A stretch of 64,000 bases of DNA. Source: Squalus acanthias (taxonomy: Eukaryota). Each line of letters starts with the position of its first letter. Positions within the stretch are counted from its first letter, which is position 1. A program made the position numbers and the translations under genes. Positions 1 through 13,774 of this stretch are shown one piece after another. The stretch lies in the NCBI GenBank assembly GCA_030390025.1, contig JASTWF010000048.1:1426001-1490000 (forward strand), given 5' to 3'. The notes under the pieces are model-generated. The model had not been told where the DNA came from and made no database searches. It saw only the letters and a list, made by a program, of their open reading frames with translations.

Positions 1-1508
1 CAGCACAGATAGAGGCCCTGCGGCACATCGTGTCCGCGCCGGCCATCAAGCCCTGTCTATTTGAATCCCATTTTCGAGCACTTGTTCCGTAGCCTTGTAT
101 GCTATGGCGTTTCAAGTGCTCATCAAATGCTTCATGAATATTGTGAGGGTTCCTGCCTCTACCACCCTTTGAGGCAGTGAGTTCCAGATTACAACCACCC
201 TCTGGGTCAAATGGTTTTTCCTCAAATCCCCTCTAACCCGCCTGCCCCTTACCTTGAAACTATGCCCCCTGGTTATTGACCCCTCTACTTAGGGGAAAAG
301 TTCCTTTCTATCTATCCTATCTATTCCCCTCATAATTTTGTACACCTCAATCAGGTCCCCCCCTCATCTTTCTCTGCTCTAAGGAAAACAATCCCAGCCT
401 GTCCAGTCTCTCTTCATAGCTGAAGCGCTCCAGCCCAGGTAACATCCTGGTGAATCTCCTCTGCACCCTCTCCCATGCAATCACATACTTCCTATAGTGT
501 GGCGACCAAAACTGAACACTGTATTCCAGCTGTGGCCTACCTAGCGATTTGTACAGCTCCATCATAACATACCTGCTCTTATATTTTATGCGTCGGCTAA
601 TGAAGGCAAGTATCCCATATGCCTTTTTAAACAACATATCTACCTGTCCTGCTGCCTTCAGGGATCTATGTACATGCACACCACGGTCACTCTGATCCTC
701 TGTCATTCCTAGGGTCCTACCATTCATTGTGTATTCCCTTGCCTTGTTAGACCTCCCAAAATGCATCACCTCACACTTTTCAGGGTTAAATTCAATTTAC
801 CACTGTTCTGCCCATCTGATCAAACCGTCTATATCGTCCTGTCGCCTGAGGCTTCCGTCCTCGCTATTTACCACCCCATCAATGTTCGTGTCATCTGCAA
901 ATTTACTGATCATACCTCCTACATTCATATCTAAATAATTAATGCACAATACATACAGCAAAGTACCCAGCACCAATCCCTGCGATACACCTGTGAACAC
1001 AGGATTCCAGTCACAAAAACAGCCTTCGACCATCACCCTCTGCCTCCTGCCACAAAGCCAATTTTGGATCCAATGTGCCAAGTTGCCCTGGATCCCATGG
1101 GTTCTTACCTTATTGACCAGTCTCCCATGCGGGACTTTGTCAAAAGCCTTACTGAAGTCCATGTAGACTACATCAACTGCACTACCATCATCCACACACC
1201 GAGTCACCCCCTCGAAAAATTCAATCAAATTGGTCAGACATGATCTCCCCCTGACAAAGCCTTGCTGACTATCCTTGATTAATCATTGCCTCTCCAAGTG
1301 GAGACTGATTCTGTCCCTCAGAATTTTTCCAATAATTTCCCTACCACTGATGTTAGGCTCACTGGCCTGTAATTCCCTGGCTTTTCCCTACTACCCTTCT
1401 TGAATAATAGTAATACGTTAGCGGTTCTCCACTCCTCTGGCACCTCCCCTGTGGCCAGAGAGGTTCTGAAAATTTGTGTCAGAGCCCCTGCAATCTCCTC
1501 CATTGCCT
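1..1508 (-). mobile_element. CR1-type LINE, 5'-truncated and decayed (reverse transcriptase to 3' UTR)
   Basis: ORF fragments contain [26 protein letters not shown] and RPQLEY..QFWSP. Confidence 0.92.
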
Positions 1509-2572
1509 CACATTTATGGACAATGGGAACTAAAGGGTTAAATGCTTCGCTGCACTACACTGCATTCTTGGAAAACACTTCAAAAGAGCACGAGAGTCTT
1601 GTACAGAAGTAGGCTAACGGTTTTAAACATATTCTCAAACTGCCTTCAGGAAGCAGGTGCTCCGACTTGAAAAGCATCTGGGGAGCGTCTCGTCTTTGCA
1701 CAGTATGAAACATCGATGACACGTTTAAGGGGTCGAAGATTAACCATTTACTATTTGAACGAGTTTGTGCCCCTTATGGCATTGAAGGGCAAGGGGAGAT
1801 TTGCAACAGGAGTTCAAAATCAGGAACGATTTTGATAAACTAAATAAGGAGCAACTTGTATCTAACGGCAGGAGGGTCGAAAACCAGAGGAGACAGGTTT
1901 AAGTTAATTGGCAAAAGAACCAGATGAGTAGAATTTGTCTTTCAGCGAGTTGTCTGGAATTCACTGCTTCAAAGAGTGGAGGAAGCAGATTCAGGAATAT
2001 CTTTCAAAAGGGAATTGGATAAACACTTCAAGGAGAACATTTTTCAGGGCTGTGGGGAACGGGGCGGGAGAATGAGACTGATTGCATTCATATTTCAAGG
2101 AGCCAGTTCAGAAACGATGGACCGAATGGCCTCCTTCTGCGCTGGAGCTTTCTGTGATTCAATAATAATCAGCAGATCACTCGTCGCTGTTGCAACAGTA
2201 CTAATACGAGGAGTGACAGGCAACTCCTCTGTTGAGGTGAGCCTGGGAATCATTCAGCGGGATGTTCGGGAGCTATGTGTAACTCCTTCCGATATTCCTT
2301 CGTTCGTTACTTCAACTTTGCCATTAACCCAACCTCGTAATCTGCGTGTTAAAATGTACAGGATAACTTAAGAAGAAGTTATTCCAAAACATTCATACAT
2401 CAATTTTAATAATTAATAATATATTGAAATAATCTAAAGTGAAAGAGAATAAGAAGATGAATCAATAACAAAAATATCAAACCATGAATTCTCATTTATT
2501 AAAGACAGACAGAGGGAAAGATCTATCTCCCACAGTTATTTGTCTCTAACAAGAGCTTCCTGCCCCATACAG

Positions 2573-2611
2573 GGTTTTTGTTGAGCTCCGCCAACTCTGT
2601 GAGTCACTGTG
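2573..2611 (-). other. 23-RSS of V1 (CACAGTG-23-ACAAAAACC)
   Basis: Plus strand ggtttttgt at 2573-2581, 23-nt spacer, cactgtg at 2605-2611. Perfect consensus. Confidence 0.97.
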
Positions 2612-3688
2612 CAGACTCCAAGCGCAGTAATACACGGCCGAGTGATTTGCCCACAGACTGCTGGACTCCAGGTAGAAGTGGGTGTCGTCGGGTCTCCTGG
2701 CGGTGAAACCGTCCACCTGACCGGAGGGAGCCACCGTTCCACGAACGTTGGAATAGAAAAGGTTCTGAGGCTCCCGGTCAGGATGCCATCGGTACCAGTA
2801 GAAAAAGGAGCTAGCATCTGCTTTTGTGTAAAGGCACTCGATGCGAACGGATGTGCCCGGGGAACTGGATATGGAAGCGGGAGTCTGTTCGACCAGCACG
2901 GCCCCCACATCTGTAAAACAGAGAGAGGTGTAAACGCAGGAAAAATGAACAAATCGACAGAGTGCCATGAAAAAGGACACGAGGGGGGAGTAGAGAGGGA
3001 GAGGGACGGGGGAGGGGGAGAGGCAGTGGACAGTGGGGCAGAGGGGGTATGAGGGGGAGAGGGAGAGTGACGCAGAACTACAGATAGAAATATGGAGAGC
3101 CAGAGACATACAGAGAGGGAGAGGAAGAGAGTTCGAGAGCGAAGGAAATAAACAGAGACAGAAAGAAAGAGAGAAGCATAGAGAGACACCAATCATTCTA
3201 GTGGCAATCTACACATTGACAGCCTCCTTGAAGGAGCACAAGAGGAGAGAGAGAGAGAGCGCGCTAATAAATAGAAAGAGCGAGAAAAGGCAGAGGGAAG
3301 AAGAGAAAGAGAGACAGAAGGACAGAGAGGCAGCCAGACAGAGAGACCGACAGAGAGAGAGACTGATAGAGANNNNNNNNNNNNNNNNNNNNNNNNNNNN
3401 NNNNNNNNNNNNNNNNNNNNNNNNNNNNNNNNNNNNNNNNNNNNNNNNNNNNNNNNNNNNNNNNNNNNNNNNNNNNNNNNNNNNNNNNNNNNNNNNNNNN
3501 NNNNNNNNNNNNNNNNNNNNNNNCGAGGAATCTAGAAGCTACATCAACAGGTGAAAGAGACCAGGATGGGGTTAAATCGAAAGCGGGACACGCGGGGTAA
3601 TAACTCTGAGAATGACTGAAAACTCGCAGTCCATCTCCATCTTACCTGTTAACACCAGCAACACAACCCAGAGCTGAGACCCAGCCAT
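2612..3688 (-). CDS. TRBV: TCR beta V segment V1, TRBV30-like 'CAWS' family, apparently functional
   Basis: Leader exon 3646-3688 (MAGSQLWVVLLVLT, GT donor). V exon 2612-2910 after a CAG acceptor: DVGAVLVEQTPASISSSPGTSVRIEC...WYRW...AVYYCAWSL, with the conserved Cys/Trp/Cys. Canonical 23-RSS follows. The intron contains an N-run. Confidence 0.9.
3373..3523. other. N-run (gap or masking); others at 11238-11402, 30313-30486 and 45308-45483
   Basis: Runs of n. Confidence 0.99.
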
Positions 3689-4355
3689 CTCTGGAGGGAG
3701 AAAGATCCGGGTGTTTATGGTGTGAAATCGCTGAGCCGTTTTATTGTAGAATATCTCAATGTCTGGGCACTGAGTGTAATTTACTACCCTTCATCTCCAA
3801 TGTAAAATTTTCGGATAGGCGGGACGAATCTCTCTTTAATTGTTCATTGGCTCCTACAGCTGGACGGGTCATTTCCGGGGCGGGGCTGCTGATGTCGCCG
3901 GGTAATCGGCGGTCTGTCTCATCCCTTTGGTGGCGGAGTCTGGGGTTCTTTAAACCTGCAACAACCCAAAGGTTCCAGCTCAGATTGCAGTGATGGTGAG
4001 GGAGTGAGAAAAGGGAGTTTTACTGTCTATCTCACTTATTCAATGCATAACCAGTGAGTGAGAGTCTTTACATTGTGTCCAATCAATGAGTTAGGAGCTT
4101 TACTCTGTATCTAATCAGTGAGTGAGGATCTTTACGCTGTATCTAGTCAGTGAGTCAGGGACATTACTCTGTATCTAATCAGTGCATGTGGGTCATTATT
4201 TAATATCTCACCCATACTGTCTCATTATCCAACCCGTGCGCTCCTGGTAGCTAGCCTATGTTTGCTTCTGCATCGAAACAATTTTGTCCCTTTATGTAAA
4301 TCGTGATGTCCCAGTTTCGAAACCCCTGCAATCCCTATATCTCATCCCGTGCTGT

Positions 4356-5720
4356 CATAAGAACATAATTAATAGGAGCAGGAGCAGGGCAGCAAGTTCG
4401 AAACCATCCAGGACAAAGCAGCCCGCTTGATTGACCCACCACATCCACCACCTTAAACATTCAAATCCTCCACCACCGGCGTACCGTGGCTGCAGTGTGT
4501 ACCATCTACAAGATGCACTGTAGCAACTCGCCAAGGCTTCTTCGGCAGCACCTCCCAAGCCCGCGAACTCTTCCACCTAGAAGGACAAGGGCAGCAGGCG
4601 CATGGGAACACCATCACCTCCAAGTTCCCCTCCAAGTCACACACCATCCTGACTTGGAAGTATGTCGGCCGTTAGGTCATCGTCGCTGTGTCAAAATCCT
4701 GGAACTCCCTCCCTTACAGCACTGTGGGAGCACCTTCACCTCACGGTTAGCAGCGGTTCAAGAATGGCGGCGCACCACCGCCTTCTCAAGAGCAATTAGG
4801 GATGGGAAATAAATGCTGGCCTTGCCAGCGACGCCTACATCCCATAAACGAATGAAAAAATGATAATGTGGTTGTAAAAGCATATGAGTTACTTGTGTTT
4901 ATAAATGGAGGCATAGAACGTAAAAGCAAATCGATCGTGCTAAAATGTTATAAATCACGAGATAGGCCTCGGCTGGAGTATTGTAGACAATTCTGGGCAC
5001 CACATTTCAGGAAAGATGTAAAGGCCTTAGAAAGCAGGTTTGCCAGTGTGTTATCAGGAATGAGGGACTTCAGTTATGAGGAGAGGTCGGAAAAGTTAGA
5101 CCTGTTCCCCTTGGAACAGAGAAAGTTAAGAGGTGCGGCAATATAAGTTTCAAAGGCGAGGAGAGGTTTTGATAGAGTAGACAGAGGAAAACTACTCCGT
5201 CTGTCGAGTGGATCAAATAACAGAGGTAATACCATTCGCAAAATACCTGGAGGGGAGATGAGGAGAAATGATTTCACTCAGAGAGTTGTCGGAATCTGGA
5301 ACACTCTACCTGAAAAGGTGGTGGAAACTGATTCCATCGACAATTTAAACATGGAGTTGGACAGGTTCTGTAGGATGAGGAACTTATATGGGCTCGGATG
5401 GTCATCTCGGGGTCAATACGACACCACGGTTGTGAGCAGTCTCGTTTGAGATTCAGAAAGTTGCCAGGGATAGGGATGGAGTCGGAGGCTACGGAACGGA
5501 GTTTGTTTTGCGGACCAAAGACAAAGGCTTCGGTCTTGACTGTATTTATTTGGAGGAAATCTCTGCTTATCCAATAGGACAAACAGGCTGAAAAATTACT
5601 GATTGTGGAGGGCTCGAGAGAGGTGGTGCTGAGGTACAGTCGTGGGGCAACATGTAGATGAGAAATAGGAGAGGACAAGGATATATCCTGGGGGGACTCC
5701 AGAATGGGAGCGTGGAATCA
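4356..5720. mobile_element. Cluster of decayed LINE 3' fragments (CR1 and L2-like)
   Basis: RPRLEYCRQFWAPHFRKD at 4868-5146 (+), FTQRVVGIWNTLP, and L2-like FLQINTVKTE (-). Confidence 0.7.
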
Positions 5721-6351
5721 GACACAATGTGATGCCTATTATGATCGTTTTGCAAGTCAAAACAAACAGTGAAGGAAATGTATTGGATTATTCATTGGTA
5801 ACAGGCGCGGGTCTTATAACATCACCAGAAAGAAGCAGCCAGGAGGAAGTCCAACTGCGTTTTTCGGCAAAAGGGTCGGAAAGTGAAAGGATTACAGAAC
5901 CAGAGCAGTTGACCATTCAGGGGACTCGAAGATCAGCGGTGGCGTTGCTCATTCGGTGCCAAAGCAATTCGTGGCACAGGAGACAGTGGACTACTGCGCC
6001 ATCCGATGGCTACAAAGTGCAACTACATGCAAATGCGTTTTGTTACTCTCCCAGTACAACCGAATTCGTCCTAAAATTGATCCGTCTTCCAATTATTTTC
6101 TCCTCTCCTTCAAATGTTGACGCTCCTTACACAGAATTACATTTAATTTACTCCATGGAATCAGGTCGATGCCGGTGTTTGTGGTCAAACATGAGCTTCC
6201 TCCAACCCATCTTCATCTCACCCTATCAGCAGAACCTGCTACTCCTTTCTCCCTCGTGTGTTTATCCAGCTTGTCTTGGGCAGAAGCGAGCGGAACATGA
6301 AAGGTAACAAGGAGTTTGAGGCGTCACGTCGTCCAAACGTTTCTCTGTGAC

Positions 6352-6390
6352 AGTTTTTGTCAGGGCGCCGGATCAGTCTGTATCGCTGTG
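6352..6390 (-). other. 23-RSS of V2 (CACAGCG-23-ACAAAAACT)
   Basis: agtttttgt at 6352-6360 and cgctgtg at 6384-6390; spacer 23. Confidence 0.95.
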
Positions 6391-7202
6391 CACCATCACT
6401 TGCTGCACAGAAATACTCCGCCGAATCTGTGGGCTTAACGCTGTGGATCTTCAGGCTGGACATCTTATCGTTCATTGTTCGTGTGATTTCAAATCCGGTT
6501 TTGAAACCCTCTTCATATTCAGCTTTGCTGCCTCTATAAATATACCCAATGCACGTGAATCCTTGTCCAGCGGATTGCCGATACCAGAGCATGTTAGCGC
6601 GGTTTGTTCCATTCTGATAACAATTTAACTCGGCCTCTCCTCCCTGATCCACAGTAATCGAACGCGGCCACTGATGGATCACATCCGCCAGCGGACAGTC
6701 TGTAAAAGAGACGGCAGATTTAAGAAAATCGCATGAAATTGAGAAATTGGTTTGCATGTCCACGTAAATCCTGGGCGCAAAATCGGCATGGTGGAGCACT
6801 GGATTCGCTACGCCAGTTCCAATGGTTAAAAATTACCCCGACAATTCTGGGGTTATCGTTAACTTGACTATATAATGGCGTGCATTTTACAGTTAGGTAA
6901 CAAAATAGAGATTATCAAACCTTAAGATATAATGAGAACAATCTGTGTATCAATAAATAAAACAGCTAAAAGAACATTAAGCGCCTTATAGGCAAAAGGT
7001 GTACAGATTAAAATGAATCATCGAATTTAAATATTTGTTTGCTGATATGCAATTGCTCGGTAATAATATGATCGAGTAGCACGGCATAGTTTAGTTAATA
7101 TTTTGATGAATGCATGATACTGGTACATCACTTCTCATTCTTCAACATTATCTTACCCGGCGTCAGAAATAAAAGCGCAAAGGCCAACAAATTTAAATGC
7201 AT
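6391..7202 (-). CDS. TRBV: TCR beta V segment V2 ('HQW/CYQN' family), apparently functional
   Basis: Leader 7157-7202 (MHLNLLAFALLFLTP, GTAAG donor). V exon 6391-6699: DVIHQWPRS...NCYQNG...WYRQ...YFCAASDG. Splices in frame. Confidence 0.9.
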
Positions 7203-7329
7203 GGTTGAGGGCAATCGACGATCTAATGCGCCAAATTGGGCCTGACAGAGAAAGCGACGTTGATCATTACGCGTATGCAAAATCCAGGGTCAGAACCGGA
7301 AGTTGCGTAGGCAAAGGAATTCAAGAACT

Positions 7330-8440
7330 TGCATTTCTTTCGCGCCTCTGACGTCCTGCGGACGTCCCACAGTGCTGTACAAACAATGCAGTCAATTTGC
7401 ATACTAACCGGTCCCGCCAACAGCACTGTGAAATTGACCAGATAATCTGCTGTTTTAGTGAGTTTGGTTCAGTGATACATATTGGACAGGACCCAAGGAG
7501 ACCTAAACTGCTTTTCTTCGAAATATAGTCTGTGTAATCTGTCACCTCACCTGATAGGCCAGACAGGGCCCTTGTTTAATGTTTCGTTAGAAAGACGACA
7601 TTTCCGACTGTGAAGTACTTTTTCAACTGCGCTCACTGTGTTAATGTAGGAAAGGCGGCAGACAATTTGAGTGCAGCTAGATCCCACAAACGGCAACGTG
7701 ATAAGGACAGTTTAATGCGTTTTTTTTTAATTGATCTTGATTCAGGGATAAATATAAATATCTGCCAGCACACCGAGAGAGCTCCAATGCGCGTCTTTTA
7801 ATTAGTGTCCATGGGTTACGTAACGTCCACCTGAGAGGGCAAGCAGTGCCGCGGTTTAACGTTTAATCTGAAGGAGGGCACGTCCGACACTGCAGCACTC
7901 CCTCAGGACTGCCCCTCCGTCGGAGCAGCGCTCCCTCAGTACTGCTCCTCCGACAGTGCAGCGCTCACTCAGAACTGCCCATCCGATAGTGCAGAGCTCC
8001 CTCAGTACTGCCCCTCCGACAGTGCAGCGCTCCCTCATTACTGCTCCTCCGACAGTGCAGCGCTCCCTCAGTACTGCCCCTCCGACTGTGCAGAGCTCAA
8101 TCAGTACTGCCCCTCCAACAGTGCAGTGCTCCCTCAGTACTGCCCCTGCAACAGTGCAGCGCTCCCTTAGTACTGCCCTTCGACAGTGCAGCGCTCCCTT
8201 TGTGCTGACCCTCCGAGAGTGCAGCGCTTCACAATACTGCCCCTCCAACAGTGCAGCGCTCCCCCAGTACTGGCACTCCGACAGTGCAGTGCTCCCCCAG
8301 TACAGATCCTCCGACAGTTCAGCGCTCCCTCAGTACTGCCCGTCAGTCAGCCTACATTATGCGCTCAAGTATCTGGAGCAGGACTCGAAACACACAATGA
8401 TCTATTTCAGAGGCGAGAATGCTGCCAATTGAGCTGTCAA
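7330..8440 (-). mobile_element. tRNA-derived Deu-domain SINE with an internal 33-bp tandem array (about 7885-8345)
   Basis: Unit CAGTACTGCCCCTCCGACAGTGCAGCGCTCCCT, flanked by SINE core (…CACCTGAGAGGGCA…GGTTTAACG) and a tRNA-like head. Confidence 0.75.
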
Positions 8441-8559
8441 TATAATACATGTTTCAACAACGAATCCTGAATACCTGGGAGCCCTTGACGTGCGTGGGGT
8501 TATTGCCACCGTCAAGGTTAGCCTATGAAAACTGTGAAACATTGTTTATTCAGTCGACA

Positions 8560-9360
8560 TTAAATGATGCCAGGGATCTGAAGCTTCGGTTTTGTGGCGA
8601 GAATGTAGAAGCTGGGTTTGTTGTTCTTGGAACAGAGAAGGTGAAGTGGAGATTTCCAGAATGGTACCACGAAGATGGACTTCCGTCATGTGAAGAGACT
8701 GGAGAAGCAATAACTATTCTCTTCAGAGCAGACAGTCCTGCCAGCTTCAAAGACTTGTGCACCAGCACCCCCAGATCTCTCTGCACTTGTACCCACTTTA
8801 AAATTATACTATTTAGTGTTTATGGTCTCTCCTCATTCTTCCTATAAGAATGTGTCACCTCACGCTTAATGTTTTCAAGTGGAGACTGGATAGGCACTTG
8901 AGGGAAATAAACTTGCAGGACTACGGGGATAGAGCGGAGGGAAATGGGACCGACTGGATTGCTCTACAGAGAGCCGGCACGGACTCTATGGGCCGAATGG
9001 CCTCCTTCTGTGCCATTATGACTCCATGACTCTGCGTTAAATGTCATGTGCCACGTGTCCGCCCATTCCACCAGCCTGCCTATGTCTTCTTGAAGTCTAT
9101 TACTATGCTCCTTACTGTTTACTACACTTCCAAACTTCGTGTCATCTGCAAATTTAGAAATTGTGCCCCGTACCCCCAACTCATTACTGTCTATCAAAAA
9201 CAGCAGTGGTCCTAGTACTGAACCTTGGGGAACATCATTGTAAACCTCCCTCCAGTCCAACAAGCAGCCATTCACCACAATCCACTGTTTTATATCCCCT
9301 AGACAATCTAGTATCCATACTGGTCCTGCCCCTTTTATCCCATGGGATTCAAACTCGGTG
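8560..9360. mobile_element. Scrambled CR1 fragments
   Basis: QRDLGVLVHKSLK; [12 protein letters not shown]; KFADDTK. Confidence 0.8.
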
Positions 9361-10475
9361 AATTAGTTGGTCAAAGGGCTCCCTTGTTCCAGTTAGTGCA
9401 GGCTTCAGTTCACTTATGGTAAAGGAGAACTGAAGGGTTAAATACTTCGCTGCGCTGGACTGCATTCTTGCAAAACACTTCAAAAGGCCCCGAGAGTCTT
9501 GTACAGAAGTAGGCTAACGGTTTTCAACAGATTCTCAAACTGCCTTCAGGAAGCAGGTGTTCCGACAAGAAAAGCATCTGGGGAGGCGTCTCGTCTTTGC
9601 ACAGTATGAAACATCGGTGACACGTTTAAGTGTTCGAAGATTAATCATTTACTATTTGTATGGGGTGGTGACCCTTATTGCAATGAAGGGCAAGGGGAGA
9701 TTTGAAAGAGGTATTCAAAATCTCGAACGGTTTTGATAAACTCAATAAGGAGCAACTTGTATCTAACGGCAGGAGGGTCGGGAACCAGAGGACACAGATT
9801 TAAGGTAATTGGCTAAAGAACAAGATTAGTAGAATTTTTCTTTCAGCGAGTTGTCTGGAATGCACTGCCTGAAAGGGTGGAGCAAGCAGATTTAGGAGTA
9901 TCTTTCAAAAGGGAATTGGATAAACACTTCAAGGAGAACATTTTTCAGGGCTGTGGGGAACGGGGCAGGAGAATGAGCCTATTTGTATTCCTATTTCAAG
10001 GAGCCAGTTAAGAAACGATGGACCGAACGGCCTCCTTCTGCGGTGGATCATTCTATGATTCAATGATAATCAGCGCATCTCTCGTCATTATTGCGACAGT
10101 ACAAATACTAGGAGTGTTATGTACCTCCTCTGATGAGGTGAGACTGGGAATCATTCAGCGGTATGTTCGGGAGCTTTATGTGTAACTCATCCCGAGATGC
10201 CTTCGTTCGTAACTTCAACTTTGCCATTAACCCCACCTTTTAATCTGCTTGTTAAAATGTAAAGGATATCTTAACGAGAAATTACTCCAAAACATTCATA
10301 CATCGATTTTAATCATTAGTAATGTATCTAAATAATCTAAAGTGAAAGAGAATAAGAAGATGAATAAATAACAAAAAAATCAAACCATGAATTCTCATTT
10401 ATTACAGACAGACAGAGGGACAGATCTATATCCCACAGTTATTTGTCTCTAACAAGAGCTTCCTGCCTCCTTTGG

Positions 10476-10514
10476 GGTTTTTGTTGAGCTTCCCCAACTC
10501 TCTGAGTCACTGTG
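10476..10514 (-). other. 23-RSS of V3 (CACAGTG-23-ACAAAAACC)
   Basis: ggtttttgt at 10476-10484 and cactgtg at 10508-10514. Confidence 0.97.
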
Positions 10515-11568
10515 AAGACTCCAAGCGCAGTAATACACGGCCGAGTGATTTGCCCACAGACTGGTGGGCTCCAGGTCGAAGTGGGTGTCTTCAGCTCTCC
10601 TGGCGGTGAAACCGTCCACCTGACCGGAGGGAGCCACCGTTCCTCGGACGGTGGAATAGAAAAGGTTCTGAGGCTCCCGATCAGGCTGCCAGCGGTACCA
10701 GTAGAAAGAGGAGCTAGCATCTGCTTTTGTGTAAAGGCACTCGATGCTAACGGAAGTGCCCGGGGAACTGGATATGGAAGCGGGATTCTGTTGGACCAGC
10801 ACGGCACCGACATCTGTAAAACAGAGAGAGGTGTAAACGCTGGAAAACTCAACACATCGAGAGAGTGCCATCAAAAAGGACAAGAGGGGGCAGGGATAGA
10901 GGGAGAGTGAGGGGGAGGGGAGAGGCAGTGGAGAGGGGGGCAGTGGGGGGGGGGGGTGAGGGGAGAGGGAGAGAGACGCAGAGCTACAGAGAGAAATATG
11001 GAGAGCGAGAGACGTGGAGAGAGTGAGAGACAGAGAGTTCGAGAGAGAAGGAAAGAAACAGAGACAGAAAGAAAAAGAGAAGCAAAGAGAGACACAGATC
11101 AGACTGAACACAATCTACACATTGACAGCCGCCGTGAAGGAGCACAAGAGGAGAGAGAGAGATTTCACAAATAAATACAAGAGCGAGAAAGACAGAGGGA
11201 AGAAGAGAAAGACAGACAGAAGTACAGAGAGGCAGCANNNNNNNNNNNNNNNNNNNNNNNNNNNNNNNNNNNNNNNNNNNNNNNNNNNNNNNNNNNNNNN
11301 NNNNNNNNNNNNNNNNNNNNNNNNNNNNNNNNNNNNNNNNNNNNNNNNNNNNNNNNNNNNNNNNNNNNNNNNNNNNNNNNNNNNNNNNNNNNNNNNNNNN
11401 NNACCGACAAGCGAGAAGCTACACCAACAGGTGAAAGAGACCAGAATGGGGTGAAATCGAAAGCGGGACATGCGGGTTCATAACACTGAGAATGACTGAA
11501 AACTCGCAGTCCATCTCCATCTTACCCGTTAACACCAGCAACACAACCCAGAGCTGAGACCCAGCCAT
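10515..11568 (-). CDS. TRBV: TCR beta V segment V3, TRBV30-like 'CAWS' family, apparently functional
   Basis: Leader 11526-11568 encodes the same peptide as the V1 leader. V exon 10515-10813 has about 11 amino-acid differences from V1. The intron contains an N-run. Confidence 0.9.
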
Positions 11569-12231
11569 CTCTGGAGGGAGAAAGATCCGGGTGTTTATGG
11601 TGTGAAATCACTGAGCCGTTTTATTGTAGAATATCTCAAAATTCTGGGCAGTGAGTGGAATTTACTGCCCCCTCCTCTCCAATGTTAAATGCTCGATAGG
11701 CGGGACCAATCTCTCTTTAATTGTTGATTGGCTCCTCGAGGGGGACTGGTCATTTCCGGGGAGGGGCTTCTGAGTTGGCCGGGTAATCGGCGGTCTGTCT
11801 CATCCATGTGGTAGCGGAGTCTGGAGTTCATTAAACCTGCAACAACCCAAAGGCTCCAGCTGAGATAGCAGTGATGGTGAGGGAGTGACAAAAGGGAGTT
11901 TTACTGTCTGTCTGACTCATTCAATGCATCACCAGTGAGTGAGAGTCTTTACACTGTGTCTAATCAGTGAGTGAGGGACTTTACTCTGTATCGATTCAGT
12001 GCGTGAGGGACTTTACTCTGTATCTAGTCAGTGAGTGAGTGACTTTACTCTGTATCTAATCAGTGCGTGAGGGTCATTAAGTAATATCTCACTGTCTCAT
12101 TATCCAACCCGTGCGCTCCCGGTAGCTAGCCTGTGTTTGCTTCGGCATGGAAACAATGTTGTCCCTTTATGTAACCCGTGTTGTCCCAGTATCGAAACCC
12201 CTGCAATCCCTGTATCTCATCCCGTGCTGTC

Positions 12232-13700
12232 ATAAGAACATAATAAATAGGAGCAGGAGCAGGCCATTCTACCCCATCGAGACTGCCCTGCCTTTCAATG
12301 AGATCATGGCTGATCCGAGTTTGGCCTCAACTCCACCTTCCTGCCCGTTCCCTATGACCCTTGACTCCTCTGTTGCTCAAAAATCTGTCTAGCTCAGCCT
12401 TGAATATATTCAATGACTCATCTTTCACAGTTCTCCGGTGTAAAGAAATTCAAAGATTCACGACCCTCTGAGAGAAGAAATTCCTCCTCATCTCCATCTT
12501 AAATGGGCAACCCCTTATTCTGAGACTGTGCCCCCTCGTTCTAGATACTCCCACTAGGTGAAACATCCTCTCTGCTTCTACCCTGTCCAACCCTCTCAGA
12601 ATCTTATAATTTTTCATAAGATCACCTCTCATTCTTCTAAACTGCAATGAGTTTAGTCTCAACCTACTCAACCTTTCCTAATAAGACAACCCCTTCATCT
12701 CAGGAATCAACCTCGTGAACCTTCTCTGAACTGCCTCCAATGCAAGTATATCCTTCCTTAAATAAGGAGACCAAAACTGTACGCAGTACTCCAGGTGTGG
12801 TCTCACCAGCGCCGTAAACAGTTGTAGCAAGACTTCCCTACTTTTATACTCCATACCCCTTGCAATAAAGGCCAACATTCTATGAGACTTCCTAATTACT
12901 TGCTGCACCTGCATGTACATTTTTTGTGTTTCATGTACGAGGACACCCAGATCCCTCTGTACCGCCGCATTCTCAGTCTTTCCCCATTTAAATAATATAT
13001 TTATTTTCTACTCTTCCTCCCAAAGTGGATAACTTCACATTTTCCCACATTATACTCCATCTGGCAAATTCTTGCCCACTCACTTAACCTATCTATATCT
13101 CTGCAGAATCTTTATGTCCTCCTCACAACTTTACTTGGGCAAGAGATACAGGAGGGATGTGTGGAAAAACCTTTTGACACAACCAGTGGTGAGGACCTGG
13201 AACTCGCTGCCGACGGAAGTGGTCGAAGCGGAGACACTCAATGTTTTCAAGGGGAGACTGGATAAGCACTTGAGGGATATAAACTTGCAGGGCTAGGGGG
13301 ATAGAGGGAGGGAATGGGACTGACTGGATTTCTCTACAGACAGCCGGTAATGACTCGATGGGCCGAACGGCCTCCTTCTGTGCCTTATGACTCTATGACT
13401 CTATAAGGAGAAACAGTCTCCAATTTCAGAAGGATGGGGAACCAGAGGATAAAAAATGATGGAGATTGGCAAAAGAAGCAGTGGCGAGGTGCGAAAACGT
13501 TTCTTTATGCAGGGAGTTGTTATGATCTGAAACGCACTGCCACAAAGTGTGCTGGCAGCAGATTCAATAGTAATTTTCAAAAGGTAATTGGATAACTACT
13601 CGAAGGGGAAATATTCAGGTCTATGGGGAACGAGTAGGGGGGTGGGAATCATTGCATCGTGCTACCAAAGTGTCGGCACAGGCACAGTTGACCGTATGAC
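12232..13700. mobile_element. CR1 LINE 3' fragments (minus strand 12232-13130, plus strand afterwards)
   Basis: LVRPHLEYCVQFWSPYLRKD and RRNFFSQRVVNL motifs, with 3' tail repeats. Confidence 0.88.
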
Positions 13701-13774
13701 CACTTATCTGCTGTTTCATATTATGATGCGATGGTAAAATGAAAACAAAACGAACGATATTGTTGGAAATGTAT

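Larger units (their letters stand above)
1509..4390. repeat. Segmental duplication copy A (CAWS cassette); copy B about 9409-12260, copy C about 29294-32000
   Basis: Colinear near-identity of flank, RSS, V exon, intron, leader and promoter. Confidence 0.93.

Noticed and set aside
1595-1745. Minus-strand AYFCTR / VSYCAK readings in the cassette flank, suggesting a decayed V
   Set aside because: No RSS, no WYRQ and no first Cys at the right spacing.
2531-2557. Plus-strand CACAGTT-11-ACAAGAGCT facing the V1 RSS (also at about 10434 and 30524); possible 12-RSS of a D segment
   Set aside because: The spacer is 11 bp, the nonamer matches 6 of 9, and there is no second RSS to define a D. Recurrence is explained by the duplication.
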